From Nitrospirota bacterium (GTDB taxonomy: Bacteria > Nitrospirota > UBA9217), in assembly GCA_963840455.1 (NCBI GenBank), contig CAWIYV010000014.1, positions 288,001-352,000 of the forward strand: 64,000 bases of DNA, read 5' to 3'. Made by a program: the position numbers and the translations under genes. The notes beneath the pieces were generated by a model. The model was not told the origin of the DNA, did no database searches, and worked only from the letters and a program-made list of their open reading frames with translations. Numbering within the stretch: position 1 is the first letter of the stretch; each line of letters begins with the position of its first letter. Shown here in pieces: positions 38,149 to 47,281 of this stretch.

Positions 38149-38258
38149 TTCGGTGTATTTACAAATAATTTCGAGACCATTCATAACAGAGAATGAAGTG
38201 CAATTCTGTTCTCAAGTCTTAACCGTGTGCGACGAGATCGCCCGTGATCAGACCATCG

Positions 38259-39398
38259 TTAGTTATAATATTTCTTTTTCCGCGGCACCGGCTGGTCGCC
38301 GCACACCTCGATGACCTCTTTCGCCTTTGGCTTTAGCCTGGCGATCTCCGGCCGGTCGTTCTTCTTTGTGTACATCAGGAGCCGCTTCATGTAGCCCACG
38401 GCCAGCCGGCAGTTCCCGCCTGCCTTGTGGGTGAGGCCCGTCTGGAAGAGCATCTGAGGCTGGTTGGGCCGCTTGTGTTCGATGACGCGGAACTCCCTGA
38501 GCGCCTCCTGGAGCTTTCCCTGCTCCCGGAGGACGATGCCGAGCCGCAGGTGCAGCAGGGCATTGTTCGGCGCGCGCTGGAGCGCCGCGCGCAGCTCCGT
38601 CTCAGCGGCGGTGTTGTCGTGCTGCTGGTGATGGATCGAGGCGAGCAGGATACGGGCGCGCACGTTGCCCGGGTCCCGGGCGATGGCCTTTTGGAGGGCA
38701 GCGGTCGACGCGTCTATGTCTGCTGCCGGTATCTCCTGGCGGCTTTCCCCTCCGCCGTAGAAATCGATCCGGGGAGAGAGCCGCACCCAGGCCCGGTTCG
38801 TGTCATCCATGCTTTCTTCGGTGGTGAGCACCGAGTCGAGCTTCTTGCGCGTCTCCGCTGCCTTTGCCTTGTCCTGCTCCGCGGCAAGCCGCTTCTGCAG
38901 GGCGTCACGCTCCTTCCGGAGCGCTTCCTTCTCCTTCGCCGCTGATTCGAGCTGTTCCCGTAGCTCCTCGCTCTCCCGGTAGCGATCGATCTGTTGAACC
39001 AGCACATCCGTGTCCACGCGGCACCGGGCCTTGATGTAGAGCGCGGGATGGTCAAGGGTGCCGCGCGTCTCGTCGGCAATGACCTCGGTCTCGACGATAC
39101 CGGCCGTGTAGGCCGTGACCTGGTCCTTGGTGAGCCGGTATTCTTTCACCTGGGTGATGCTCGCCACATAGGTGCCGGCACGTTCCAGTGCTTTCCACTG
39201 CGCCTCCTGGGTCGCGATGCGCCGGCCGTCCACCTTGCTGTCGCTGTCGCCCATGATATAGGTGCTGTCCGCTTCGATGACCTTCACCTCGGCACGGGCG
39301 GAGTGCCAGGGCAGAACTGCAACACTAATTGCAAGCAGGATGAATGAAAACCATTTATACAAGGTCGTTTTTTCCCAATTCCGCATTCCGAGCACCAC
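38259..39398 (-). CDS. Exported TPR-repeat protein with coiled coil (start uncertain)
   Basis: Signal-like segment, ALERAGTYVAS.T.V domain, coiled coil, C-terminal TPRs. Confidence 0.75.
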   Translation of the reverse strand: MVLGMRNWEKTTLYKWFSFILLAISVAVLPWHSARAEVKVIEADSTYIMGDSDSKVDGRRIATQEAQWKALERAGTYVASITQVKEYRLTKDQVTAYTAGIVETEVIADETRGTLDHPALYIKARCRVDTDVLVQQIDRYRESEELREQLESAAKEKEALRKERDALQKRLAAEQDKAKAAETRKKLDSVLTTEESMDDTNRAWVRLSPRIDFYGGGESRQEIPAADIDASTAALQKAIARDPGNVRARILLASIHHQQHDNTAAETELRAALQRAPNNALLHLRLGIVLREQGKLQEALREFRVIEHKRPNQPQMLFQTGLTHKAGGNCRLAVGYMKRLLMYTKKNDRPEIARLKPKAKEVIEVCGDQPVPRKKKYYN

Positions 39399-39427
39399 AC
39401 CCTGAACCCTGTACCCTCTGTACTGCT

Positions 39428-40429
39428 CTACTCCCCCTTAAGCGCCCTGCTCATCAGGTCCTTCAGGGCGAGCCGCGGGTCCTTGCCCTCGTAGATGATG
39501 CGGTAGACCTCGTCGACCACGGGCATCTCGACGGAATGCTTCCGGGCAAGCTCGCGCGTGGCCTTGGCGGTCTTGACGCCCTCGGCAACAGTCGGGAGGC
39601 CTTTCATGATGTCCTCGAACAGCTCTCCTTTCCCGAGTCTGACGCCCAGGGTGCGGTTCCGGGAAAGGCCGCCGGTGCAGGTGAGCACGAGGTCGCCCAT
39701 GCCTGCGAGGCCAGAGAAGGTGAGGGGATTGGCGCCCATGGCAACGCCGAGGCGGGTCATTTCGGCGAGGCCGCGGGTCAGGAGCGCCGCCATGGTGTTG
39801 TACCCGTAGCCGAGGCCTTCCAGCACTCCTGCGGCGATGGCGATCACGTTCTTGACCGAGCCGCCGAGCTCCACGCCGATGACGTCGGGATTGGTATAGA
39901 CGCGGAAATAGGGCGCGCTCATGAGCTGCTGCGCCCGCCTGCCCGCCTCGGGGTCGTACGACGCGAGAGCAACGGCCGTGGGCATCTTCTGGGCCACTTC
40001 CTTGGCGAAGCTGGGGCCTGAGAGGAAGCAGAGACGACCATGGAACTTCGGGGGGAGCGTTTCCCGGAACACGTCCGACAGGGGCATGAGGGTCTCGGTC
40101 TCGATGCCTTTCGATGCGCTCACGATGACCGCGTTATTGTCGAGGAAGGGCGCCATGTGGGCCGATATTGCCCGGGCTGTGTGCGACGGGACCACGGACA
40201 GGATGAAGGGCCGTTCCCGGACCGCTCTATCCAGGGCGGCATTGACCGAGATGTTCGCGGGGAGCGTGAATCCCGGGAGGTAGACGCGGTTCTCTCGCGT
40301 GCGCTGGGTCTCCTCCGCAAGGTCCTTCTCGTACATCCAGAGGGTCACGTCATGGCCCCTGTCCGCCAGAAGGAGCGCCAGCGCCGTGCCCCATGCGCCG
40401 GCGCCGATAATACCTATTTTTTCAGCCAT
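39428..40429 (-). CDS. gpsA: NAD(P)H-dependent glycerol-3-phosphate dehydrogenase
   Basis: GAGAWGTALA, SKGIE, LSGPSFA.EV, GVELGG..KNVIAI, GDLVLTC, SRNR. Confidence 0.97.
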   Translation of the reverse strand: MAEKIGIIGAGAWGTALALLLADRGHDVTLWMYEKDLAEETQRTRENRVYLPGFTLPANISVNAALDRAVRERPFILSVVPSHTARAISAHMAPFLDNNAVIVSASKGIETETLMPLSDVFRETLPPKFHGRLCFLSGPSFAKEVAQKMPTAVALASYDPEAGRRAQQLMSAPYFRVYTNPDVIGVELGGSVKNVIAIAAGVLEGLGYGYNTMAALLTRGLAEMTRLGVAMGANPLTFSGLAGMGDLVLTCTGGLSRNRTLGVRLGKGELFEDIMKGLPTVAEGVKTAKATRELARKHSVEMPVVDEVYRIIYEGKDPRLALKDLMSRALKGE

Positions 40430-40437
40430 ACGTATCG

Positions 40438-40519
40438 ATTATAGAGGGATTGCCTATGAGTGTCAAAAGAATTGTCCAAACCGCCTTCTTTTGACAGGGT
40501 GCCTGTTTTATGATAGTTT
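40438..40519. promoter_or_regulatory. Back-to-back sigma70 promoters for gpsA and glgC
   Basis: Minus strand: TTGACA (40466-40461), 17 bp, TATAAT (40443-40438). Plus strand: TTGACA (40491-40496), 17 bp, TAGTTT. Confidence 0.65.
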
Positions 40520-40559
40520 ACTATCAAGAGCAGAGACTTTGGGGAAGGCGGGAACGGGC

Positions 40560-41792
40560 ATGTACACAGCGGGCAACATCACGAAGAACACCCTGGCAAT
40601 GGTGCTGGCTGGCGGCAAGGGCGAGCGCTTGAGCCCCATCACCATGCGACGGCCCAAGCCGGCCGTGCCCTTCGGCGGGAAATACAAGATCATCGACTTC
40701 GCTTTGAGCAACCTCTTCAACTCCGGCATCCGGAAGGCCTATATCCTCACCCAATACCATGCCTACTCGCTGAACAAGCACATCAAGGAATCATGGAGCA
40801 AATGGACCGGCCTCGGCGAGTTCTACGACGCCATCTCGCCCGAGACCAGCAGCATGAACGAACGCTGGTTCCAGGGCACGGCCGACGCCATCCATCAGAA
40901 CCTGCGGTTCATCGAGTCAACGGACGCCGACTTCATCGCCATCTTCGGCGGGGACCACATCTACAAGATGGATATCTCCCAGATGGTCGAATACCATCGG
41001 AGGAACAAGGCGGACCTGACCATCGCGGTGCTCGAGGTGCCAAAGGAGGAGGCGAGCCGGTTCGGCATCATGACCGTGGACGACAACTTTCGGGTGCAGG
41101 CATTCGAGGAGAAGCCCGCGTGCCCGGTCACCATCCCGGGGCGGCCGACCTGCTGCTCTTCCATGGGGAACTACATCTTCTCGAAGGGCAAGCTCATGGA
41201 CCTGCTGATGAAAGGCAAGAAGCGGTACGAGGACCTGGACTTCGGCAAACACATCATTCCCATGATGCTCGAGGCAGGGGACAAGGTCTTTGCCTACAGC
41301 TTCTTCGACAATACCGTGCCGGGCATGGAGCCCCACGAGCGGGGGTACTGGCGCGATGTGGGCGCCATCGATACCTACTACGAGGCGAACATGGACCTCA
41401 TCAGCGTCACGCCCCAGCTGAACCTGTACAACTACCAGTGGCCCATCCTGACCAACCAGGGAAACCTCCCGCCGGCCAAGACCGTCTTCGATCAGGAAGA
41501 GCGGCGCGGACACAACCTCGATTCCCTGGTCTGCGGCGGCTGCGTCACCAGCGGCAGCGTCGTGCGCCGGTCCATCCTGGGGCCGTCGTGCCGCGTGAAC
41601 AGCTATGCCCTGGTGGAGGACTCCATCCTCTTCGACAGCGTCCAGATCGGCAGAAAGGCCAGGATCCGTAAGGCCATCGTCGACGAGAGCATTGTCATCC
41701 CCGAAGGCATGGAGATCGGCTACGACCACGAAGCGGACCGCGAACGCGGCTGCCTGATCACCGAGGCAGGCATCGTGGTGGTGACGAAGTAA
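40560..41792 (+). CDS. glgC: Glucose-1-phosphate adenylyltransferase
   Basis: LAGGKGERL, KPAVPFGGKY.IIDF, GTADAI, GDHIYKMD, FEEKP, DFGKHIIP, YWRDVG. Confidence 0.96.
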   Translation: MYTAGNITKNTLAMVLAGGKGERLSPITMRRPKPAVPFGGKYKIIDFALSNLFNSGIRKAYILTQYHAYSLNKHIKESWSKWTGLGEFYDAISPETSSMNERWFQGTADAIHQNLRFIESTDADFIAIFGGDHIYKMDISQMVEYHRRNKADLTIAVLEVPKEEASRFGIMTVDDNFRVQAFEEKPACPVTIPGRPTCCSSMGNYIFSKGKLMDLLMKGKKRYEDLDFGKHIIPMMLEAGDKVFAYSFFDNTVPGMEPHERGYWRDVGAIDTYYEANMDLISVTPQLNLYNYQWPILTNQGNLPPAKTVFDQEERRGHNLDSLVCGGCVTSGSVVRRSILGPSCRVNSYALVEDSILFDSVQIGRKARIRKAIVDESIVIPEGMEIGYDHEADRERGCLITEAGIVVVTK

Positions 41793-41795
41793 GGA

Positions 41796-41941
41796 GTAAC
41801 CTCACCCAACCTCCTGGATGAATGACCACTCCCTGAACATCCCCTAGAGTACGGAAGCAACCCCACCCAGCCTCCCCGTAATCTAGGGGGAGGGGTGAAG
41901 ACTATCCCTCTTAGTGTGTAAGAGGAGGCAAGGGGAGTTAC
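41796..41941. repeat. C-rich/G-rich palindromic element between convergent genes
   Basis: GTAACCTCACCCAACCTCCT ... AGGAGGCAAGGGGAGTTAC; inner CCTCCCC-N-GGGGGAGG hairpin. Confidence 0.55.
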
Positions 41942-42507
41942 TTCATCCACGCCCGTCCGATCATCTTCCTGTAGCCCCAGCACAACATTCCCCCCACCCC
42001 GCCGCCGAGCAGAGCCCCCGCAAGGATGTCCGAGGGATAGTGCACGCCCAGATAGGGCCGAGAGAGGGCTACCATGACCGCGAGAACCAGGGGGAAGAGC
42101 CGCCACAAGGCCGGCAGGAACGGCCGCGTCAGCAGGCTGAGCGGCACCGCGTAAGCGAAGGACGTGACCGCGTGGCTTGAGGGCAGGGAAAAGGATGCGG
42201 AGCAGTCGACCAGCAGCCGGACGCCCTCGAGGGCGTGGCAGGGGCGGGGCCTGGCAATGAGCACCTTGAGCCAATAGTTCAGCGTTTCGGCGAGAACAAT
42301 AGCGAGCACGGCGATGAGGACGGCGAAGACCGCGTCACGGCCGTAAGACCGTCCAGCAGGCGTCCTCGCGCGCGAACCTGCGTAGAGCGCATACAGCGCC
42401 AGGGGAATGACGAGCAGGTAGCCCTGGTGCGTCAATGCAGGCATGAGCACGTCGAACAGCGGGTTCGCCATGCCGCGGTTGATGAGGAAGAAGAGCTGCG
42501 TGTCCAT
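41938..42507 (-). CDS. PAP2-family phosphatase
   Basis: K...ARPRP, SLPSSHA, SRPYLGVHYPSD. Confidence 0.9.
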   Translation of the reverse strand: MDTQLFFLINRGMANPLFDVLMPALTHQGYLLVIPLALYALYAGSRARTPAGRSYGRDAVFAVLIAVLAIVLAETLNYWLKVLIARPRPCHALEGVRLLVDCSASFSLPSSHAVTSFAYAVPLSLLTRPFLPALWRLFPLVLAVMVALSRPYLGVHYPSDILAGALLGGGVGGMLCWGYRKMIGRAWMK

Positions 42508-42598
42508 GGTCGTTCAGTCCCTATTATACGGTTCTTCGGTCCGCCGGTCACATTCTTTTTGATTTGACCGGAACTTCGGAAAAAAGGTATGATCCTGC

Positions 42599-44296
42599 AT
42601 GTTCGCATGGCACGGAAAAATGCTCGTCGTGGACCTCTCCGCGGGCAGGGTGCGGATCGAGGACATCCCTGAGGAAACGCTGCGGACCTGGCTCGGCGGC
42701 AGGGGGCTGGGCGTCCATCTCATGAAGGACTTCATCACCCTCGACCCCTTTGACGAGCGGATGCCCCTGATCTTTGCCGTGGGCCCGCTCTGCGGCACTC
42801 CTGCGCCTACCTCGTCCCGCATGTCCGTGGTCTCCCGTTCGCCGCTTACGGGCACCATCTTCGACTCCTCGGTGGGCGGCACGTTCCCGCTCAAGCTCAA
42901 GCAGGCGGGCTTCGACGCCGTCATGGTCACTGGCAGGGCGCAGGACCCGGTCTACCTCGATATCAGCAGCGGCCGGGCCGTCATCAAGGAGGCCTCGTGG
43001 CTCTGGGGGCAGGGGTGCATCGAGGTGAACAAGCGCCTCGAAGGCGACGGCGAGGTGGCCAGCATCGGCCCGGCCGGCGAACGGCTGGTCAAGATGGCGA
43101 ACATCATGGTCGGCGGCGCGAACTCCGTGGGCAGGGGCGGCATGGGCGCCTTGATGGGCGCGAAAATGCTCAAAGCCATCACCGTCTCTGGCGGATCGAA
43201 GAAACCGCCGGTTGCGGACCAGGAGCTCTTCACAAGGGCCTATGACGATGTGATGCGGCTGCTGCGGGCCTCGCCCGTGGTCATGGGCGAGTTGGGCCTG
43301 ACCGAGTACGGCACATCGGCGCTCGTGGACATCGTGGATCAGCGCCGGATGGCGCCGACGGAGAACTTCCGGAAGACCTGGTATTCGCAGGCCCATCTCT
43401 ACTCCGGGCCGAGCCTCAAGAAGGCTTTCGGCTTCAAGAAGGAAGGCTGCGCAGTCTGCCCCATCCAGTGCAAGAAATTGACGACCTGCGGCAAGCCCAT
43501 CCCGGAGTACGAGACGCTGTCGCACTTCGGCGCCTTGAACGCCAACCCCGATGCGGAATCCATCATCCGCGCCAACATCCTGTGCAACAACTTGGGCCTC
43601 GACACCATCTCGACGGCCGCCACCATCGCTGCCTACGGTGAGGCGCGGGGCGAGTTCCTCATTTCCGACGACATCCTCGACATGGTGCGGAAGATCGCCT
43701 ACCGCGAAGGGGAGGGGGACAAGCTGGCCGAAGGCTCGAAGCGGTACTGCGCGTCCATCGGCAAACCCGGCCTGTCCATGAGCGTCAAAGGCCTCGAGAT
43801 GCCTGCCTACGATCCGCGGGGCTCCTACGGCATGGCCCTGGCCTACGGCACCTCGAACCGCGGCGCCTGCCATCTGCGCGCCTACCCCATCAGCCAGGAG
43901 ATACTGCGAAAGCCCGTGGCAACGGACCGGTTCAGCTTCGACGGCAAGGCGCGGCTCATCAAGGTCTCCGAGGACACCAACGCCATCGTCGACTCCCTCT
44001 CGGTCTGCAAGTTCGCCTTCCTCGGCGCGTCGATCGAGGAATACGCCCAGCTGCTTGCCGGCGCGACCGGCATCTCCTATACCGGGCAGGGGCTGATGAA
44101 GACCGGCGAGGTGATCATCAGCCTGGAGCGGGCGTACAACGAGCGGAACGGGTTCACGCACGCCGACGACCTTCTGCCGGAGCGGTTCTTCACCGAGGCG
44201 GGCACGCCAGGAGAGGGCATCGAGGTCCCTCCGGTAGACAAGAAGCGGTATCTCGAGGAGATGGAGCGGTATTATAGGATCAGGGGGAAGGAGTAA
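42599..44296 (+). CDS. Aldehyde:ferredoxin oxidoreductase family (W/Mo-pterin) protein
   Basis: LGGRGLG, SPLTG, IGPAGE, GRGGMGA.MG.K.LKAI, C..CPIQC, PEYET, GLDTIS, VKGLEMPAYDPRG, NRGACH. Confidence 0.92.
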   Translation: MFAWHGKMLVVDLSAGRVRIEDIPEETLRTWLGGRGLGVHLMKDFITLDPFDERMPLIFAVGPLCGTPAPTSSRMSVVSRSPLTGTIFDSSVGGTFPLKLKQAGFDAVMVTGRAQDPVYLDISSGRAVIKEASWLWGQGCIEVNKRLEGDGEVASIGPAGERLVKMANIMVGGANSVGRGGMGALMGAKMLKAITVSGGSKKPPVADQELFTRAYDDVMRLLRASPVVMGELGLTEYGTSALVDIVDQRRMAPTENFRKTWYSQAHLYSGPSLKKAFGFKKEGCAVCPIQCKKLTTCGKPIPEYETLSHFGALNANPDAESIIRANILCNNLGLDTISTAATIAAYGEARGEFLISDDILDMVRKIAYREGEGDKLAEGSKRYCASIGKPGLSMSVKGLEMPAYDPRGSYGMALAYGTSNRGACHLRAYPISQEILRKPVATDRFSFDGKARLIKVSEDTNAIVDSLSVCKFAFLGASIEEYAQLLAGATGISYTGQGLMKTGEVIISLERAYNERNGFTHADDLLPERFFTEAGTPGEGIEVPPVDKKRYLEEMERYYRIRGKE

Positions 44297-44315
44297 GGAA
44301 ACAGGGGACAGAGTC

Positions 44316-44534
44316 CTACTTCAAGGCGGGCCACGTTGTCGTCCATTTCAGGAAGAGCATAACCCACGGCGTTGCATGCATGAAGAGGTCGAACCAGTCC
44401 ACCGGGCGCTTGAGCGTGCCGTTCTTCAGCATAACCAGTTTTTCCCAGAGGTGGGGCGGATTGTAGGGCGCGAGGCCCAGGGTCAGACACAGAAAGATGA
44501 ACATTGCCCAAGGCTGTTCAGCAATGAATTGCAT
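44316..44534 (-). CDS. Small conserved membrane protein
   Basis: LGLAPY.PPHLWEKL.ML..G.L.RP.DWFDL..H..P motif; GGAGG RBS. Confidence 0.7.
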   Translation of the reverse strand: MQFIAEQPWAMFIFLCLTLGLAPYNPPHLWEKLVMLKNGTLKRPVDWFDLFMHATPWVMLFLKWTTTWPALK

Positions 44535-44606
44535 ACGGTCCTCCTCTTTCTCATTATAGCGCAAGGGGGAGAAATTATCCCAACGCCGTGGAAGGCGAAA
44601 AATATT

Positions 44607-45047
44607 ATGAACTCCAAGGATATCGAGTCGACCCTGGCCGTTTTCCTGGACGGTTTTTCCTGAGCACAAGCCATCCTGTCGACTTACGGCGGGCGGTCCG
44701 GTCTGGACCGCGAAACAGCGCTCAAGGTCGCCGGGGCCTTTGGCGCGGGCATGGCGAGGACCGGCGAGACCTGCGGGTCCGTGACCGGGGCGCTCATGGT
44801 CATCGGGCTGAGCCATGCCAAGACGCGGAAGGACGATGACGACTCCCGCGAGCGGACGTATGCCCTGGCGCAGGAGTTCATGGACGCCTTCCGGGACCGA
44901 AACGGGTCTATCCTCTGCCGGGAACTGCTTGGCGTCGACGTGAGCACGCCGGAAGGCATCGCCGCGGTGCGGGAACGGGACCTCTTCAGAACGGCTTGTC
45001 CGAAGTTCGTGAAGGATGCGGGGGAGATACTGGAAGAGATACTGTAG
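44607..45047 (+). CDS. C-GCAxxG-C-C family redox selenoprotein (Sec codon at 44661-44663)
   Basis: FLDGFS-TGA-AQAI is in frame with AFGAGMA..GETCGSVTG...GSILCREL...C. TGA sits at the first conserved Cys (GFNCAQ). SECIS-like hairpin downstream. Confidence 0.85.
44693..44711 (+). promoter_or_regulatory. SECIS-like hairpin
   Basis: GCGGTCC-GGTCT-GGACCGC; loop begins 36 nt after the TGA. Confidence 0.7.
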
Positions 45048-45065
45048 AGGGTCCGGATTACAACA

Positions 45066-45516
45066 TTGAAGCTCGCTGCAGCAAGCTGCAGTGAATCTTC
45101 GATCCTTAGGATAATACACTCATCCTAATCATTCTCTAAATCCGCAGCAAGCCGCGGAGAATGCGCTCGCTCCTGGATTTAAGCTCCCTGAAGATTACTG
45201 CATGGAGCTTCGATCCTCAGGGTAGAACATTTATCCTAATCGCTCGCTGGTCCCGCAGCAAGCCGCGGGGAATGCGCTCGCTCCTGGATTTAAGCTCCCT
45301 GAAAATTACTGCATGGAGCTTCGATCCTCAGGGTAGAACGAATTATCCTAATCGCTCGCTGGTCCCGCATTAAGCCGCGGAGACTGCGCTCGCTCCTGGA
45401 TTTAAGCTCCCTGAAGATTACTGCATGGAGCTTCGATCCTCAGGGTAGAACGAATTATCCTAATCGCTCGCTGGCCCCGCATTAAGCCGCGGAGACTGCG
45501 CTCGCTCCTGGATTTA
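45066..45516 (+). repeat. Head-to-tail array of four ~112-bp MITE units
   Basis: Junction TTTA at 45178, 45289, 45401, 45513; periods 112/111/112/112; homologous to the dispersed MITE. Confidence 0.9.
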
Positions 45517-46236
45517 CTTCGAATTTTGTTTTCCATCCCTGGCACCGAGGGCCTTCAGGAATTCCTTGCTGGTCACGACTGTCGCCTGCCACGGGAAGAC
45601 CTTGTCCATCAAAACCCGGTTCACTTCCGGATCGCCGTCCGTGCAGAGATCCGAGACGACCACGAGTGAATAATCCATATCGGCGGCCCAGCGGACCGTG
45701 GAAAGGACGACCCCGCTCGTGGAAATTCCGAATAATGCCAGCGTGTTGATGTTTTTAGATCGCAGTACTGCTTCCAAGTCAGTCGTCGAAAAAGCACCGA
45801 CTCGTCTCTTGGTGACCACGATGTCGCCCGGCTGCGGCGCGACCTTCGCGTCTATCTCGGCCCCGGGCGTGCCTTCAAGAAGGCGGCCCGATTCCTTCAG
45901 GTCTCGGAAGAGCTTATTCTGTAAATTGACGTCAGGGTAGCCTTCGCGGAAGCGAACGACGACGTAGATTATGGGGAGCTTTGCCTGCCGCGCTTCCTTG
46001 AGCACGACGCTTGCTCTTTCCAATAAGGCTGCCCGGGCATCCTGAGGTATTGTGTTCACGATATCATTCTCATAGTCCATGATCAGCACGGCTGTCCTGG
46101 ACTTGTTAACGGAAAACGCCGGCTCGATAAGAACAGCCATCCTTCCCGGGGGGGCCTCCTTGTCGAGAGCGAAGACCGCACTTCCGGTCAGGGCCAGAAG
46201 CGCAACGAACAATGATATATTAATAATTATTCTCAT
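45514..46236 (-). CDS. Isochorismatase-like (cysteine hydrolase family) protein with N-terminal signal peptide
   Basis: TAVLIMDYEN, VVTKRRVGAF..TDL, GISTSGVVLST, D.C.D.D. Confidence 0.85.
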   Translation of the reverse strand: MRIIINISLFVALLALTGSAVFALDKEAPPGRMAVLIEPAFSVNKSRTAVLIMDYENDIVNTIPQDARAALLERASVVLKEARQAKLPIIYVVVRFREGYPDVNLQNKLFRDLKESGRLLEGTPGAEIDAKVAPQPGDIVVTKRRVGAFSTTDLEAVLRSKNINTLALFGISTSGVVLSTVRWAADMDYSLVVVSDLCTDGDPEVNRVLMDKVFPWQATVVTSKEFLKALGARDGKQNSK

Positions 46237-46644
46237 GAGACCCGCCTCCTCAGTCAGATAGGATCAAACAAAAAGCGAAACAAAGGTGATCCACGAAATC
46301 ACCACGACACCAAGAGAAAATCATCACTTCTAAGAAATATTATAACAATGGGCTGCCTGCTTCGCGGGTTAAGCAGCTGGTCGGGTAAATATACGTTTGA
46401 CTGCAACATGCGCTCTATCCATCAGGCGTAAAAGATCCTTCTTCCGAGATTCACTGCGAATCGCCCAGCGGCTCCAGGATGACCAATGATTTGCCTGAAG
46501 GTTCAATGAAATATGATATTCCTTTTCGTATGCATGAAGGGGTAGGGGAGAGATGTTGTCTTGCTTCGACCCCGTAGGCCCAGAAAAGCGTTGTTCAGTT
46601 CCATGAATAACCGCGATACGACTTTGCCTCTCTTCGTCCATTCA

Positions 46645-47154
46645 TCAAAATGAATTGATGTTGAGCTCCGGCAGCGGCAGGTCCCCCTTCGCTGCTACGG
46701 GGATGTTGAATGTCGCCAATTTCACGTTGATCTTGAACACGGCATTCAACGTAAACGGGATCGTTTTTTGTCCGCGTATGACGGCCTCTGCCAGGATTTC
46801 TGCGGATTTAAACGCCTTGATATAATTAATTTCAGCTGGCAGCCGTATCTCGGATTTGGAGTTCGGTTTTGCCGAAAATTTTACGTCCTTGCCCTGCGCG
46901 GTGCTCTGGCCCTTCAGGAATAGTTCGTAGTCCGCTGATATATTGTCAAGACCGAGCGGGTTCGGGTTATTGAGGATAAATATAAATTCCACTTCAGCCT
47001 TATCAGGCGCTATACGCTTCACTTCAAACCGGTCATAAGTAATTTCCGGCGTCTTGAGGTTCGAAGAAAGCGACTCAAGCGACGATTCTCCAAAAGCAAT
47101 TTGTGCAGAAAGAAAAAATAAAATCAATGGTATCGTAAACAAACGGCATCTCAT
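46645..47154 (-). CDS. LEA type 2 / WHy domain exported protein
   Basis: Signal peptide; P.I......, NPNPLGL....YEL; AT-rich; GGAAGG RBS. Confidence 0.7.
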   Translation of the reverse strand: MRCRLFTIPLILFFLSAQIAFGESSLESLSSNLKTPEITYDRFEVKRIAPDKAEVEFIFILNNPNPLGLDNISADYELFLKGQSTAQGKDVKFSAKPNSKSEIRLPAEINYIKAFKSAEILAEAVIRGQKTIPFTLNAVFKINVKLATFNIPVAAKGDLPLPELNINSF

Positions 47155-47218
47155 TTTCACCTTCCTTCCCGGGAATGCACGGCGAAACGGTCTCAATTCG
47201 CCCCACGAGGAGCGGCAT

Positions 47219-47281
47219 GGATAACGCGCGGGTGAGACGCGCGTCCCTTGCGCGTCGGACTCGACCCGCTGGGTGTTCTAC
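47219..47281 (-). mobile_element. attC-like site downstream of rsgA
   Basis: GTAGAAC-ACCCA-GCGGGTCGAGTCCGACGCGC-AAGGGA-CGCGCGTCTCACCCGC-GC-GTTATCC: imperfect palindrome with bulged bases, overlapping the stop codon. Confidence 0.6.

Noticed and set aside
45161-45373. 70-aa ORF with an internal repeat
   Set aside because: Translation of the tandem MITE units; the same applies to ORFs 18392-18580 and 26579-26818.
45066-45516. CRISPR array
   Set aside because: Units are ~112 bp and similar along their whole length; no unique spacers and no cas genes.
46369-46641. 90-aa ORF
   Set aside because: No motif and atypical composition; probably decayed cassette sequence.
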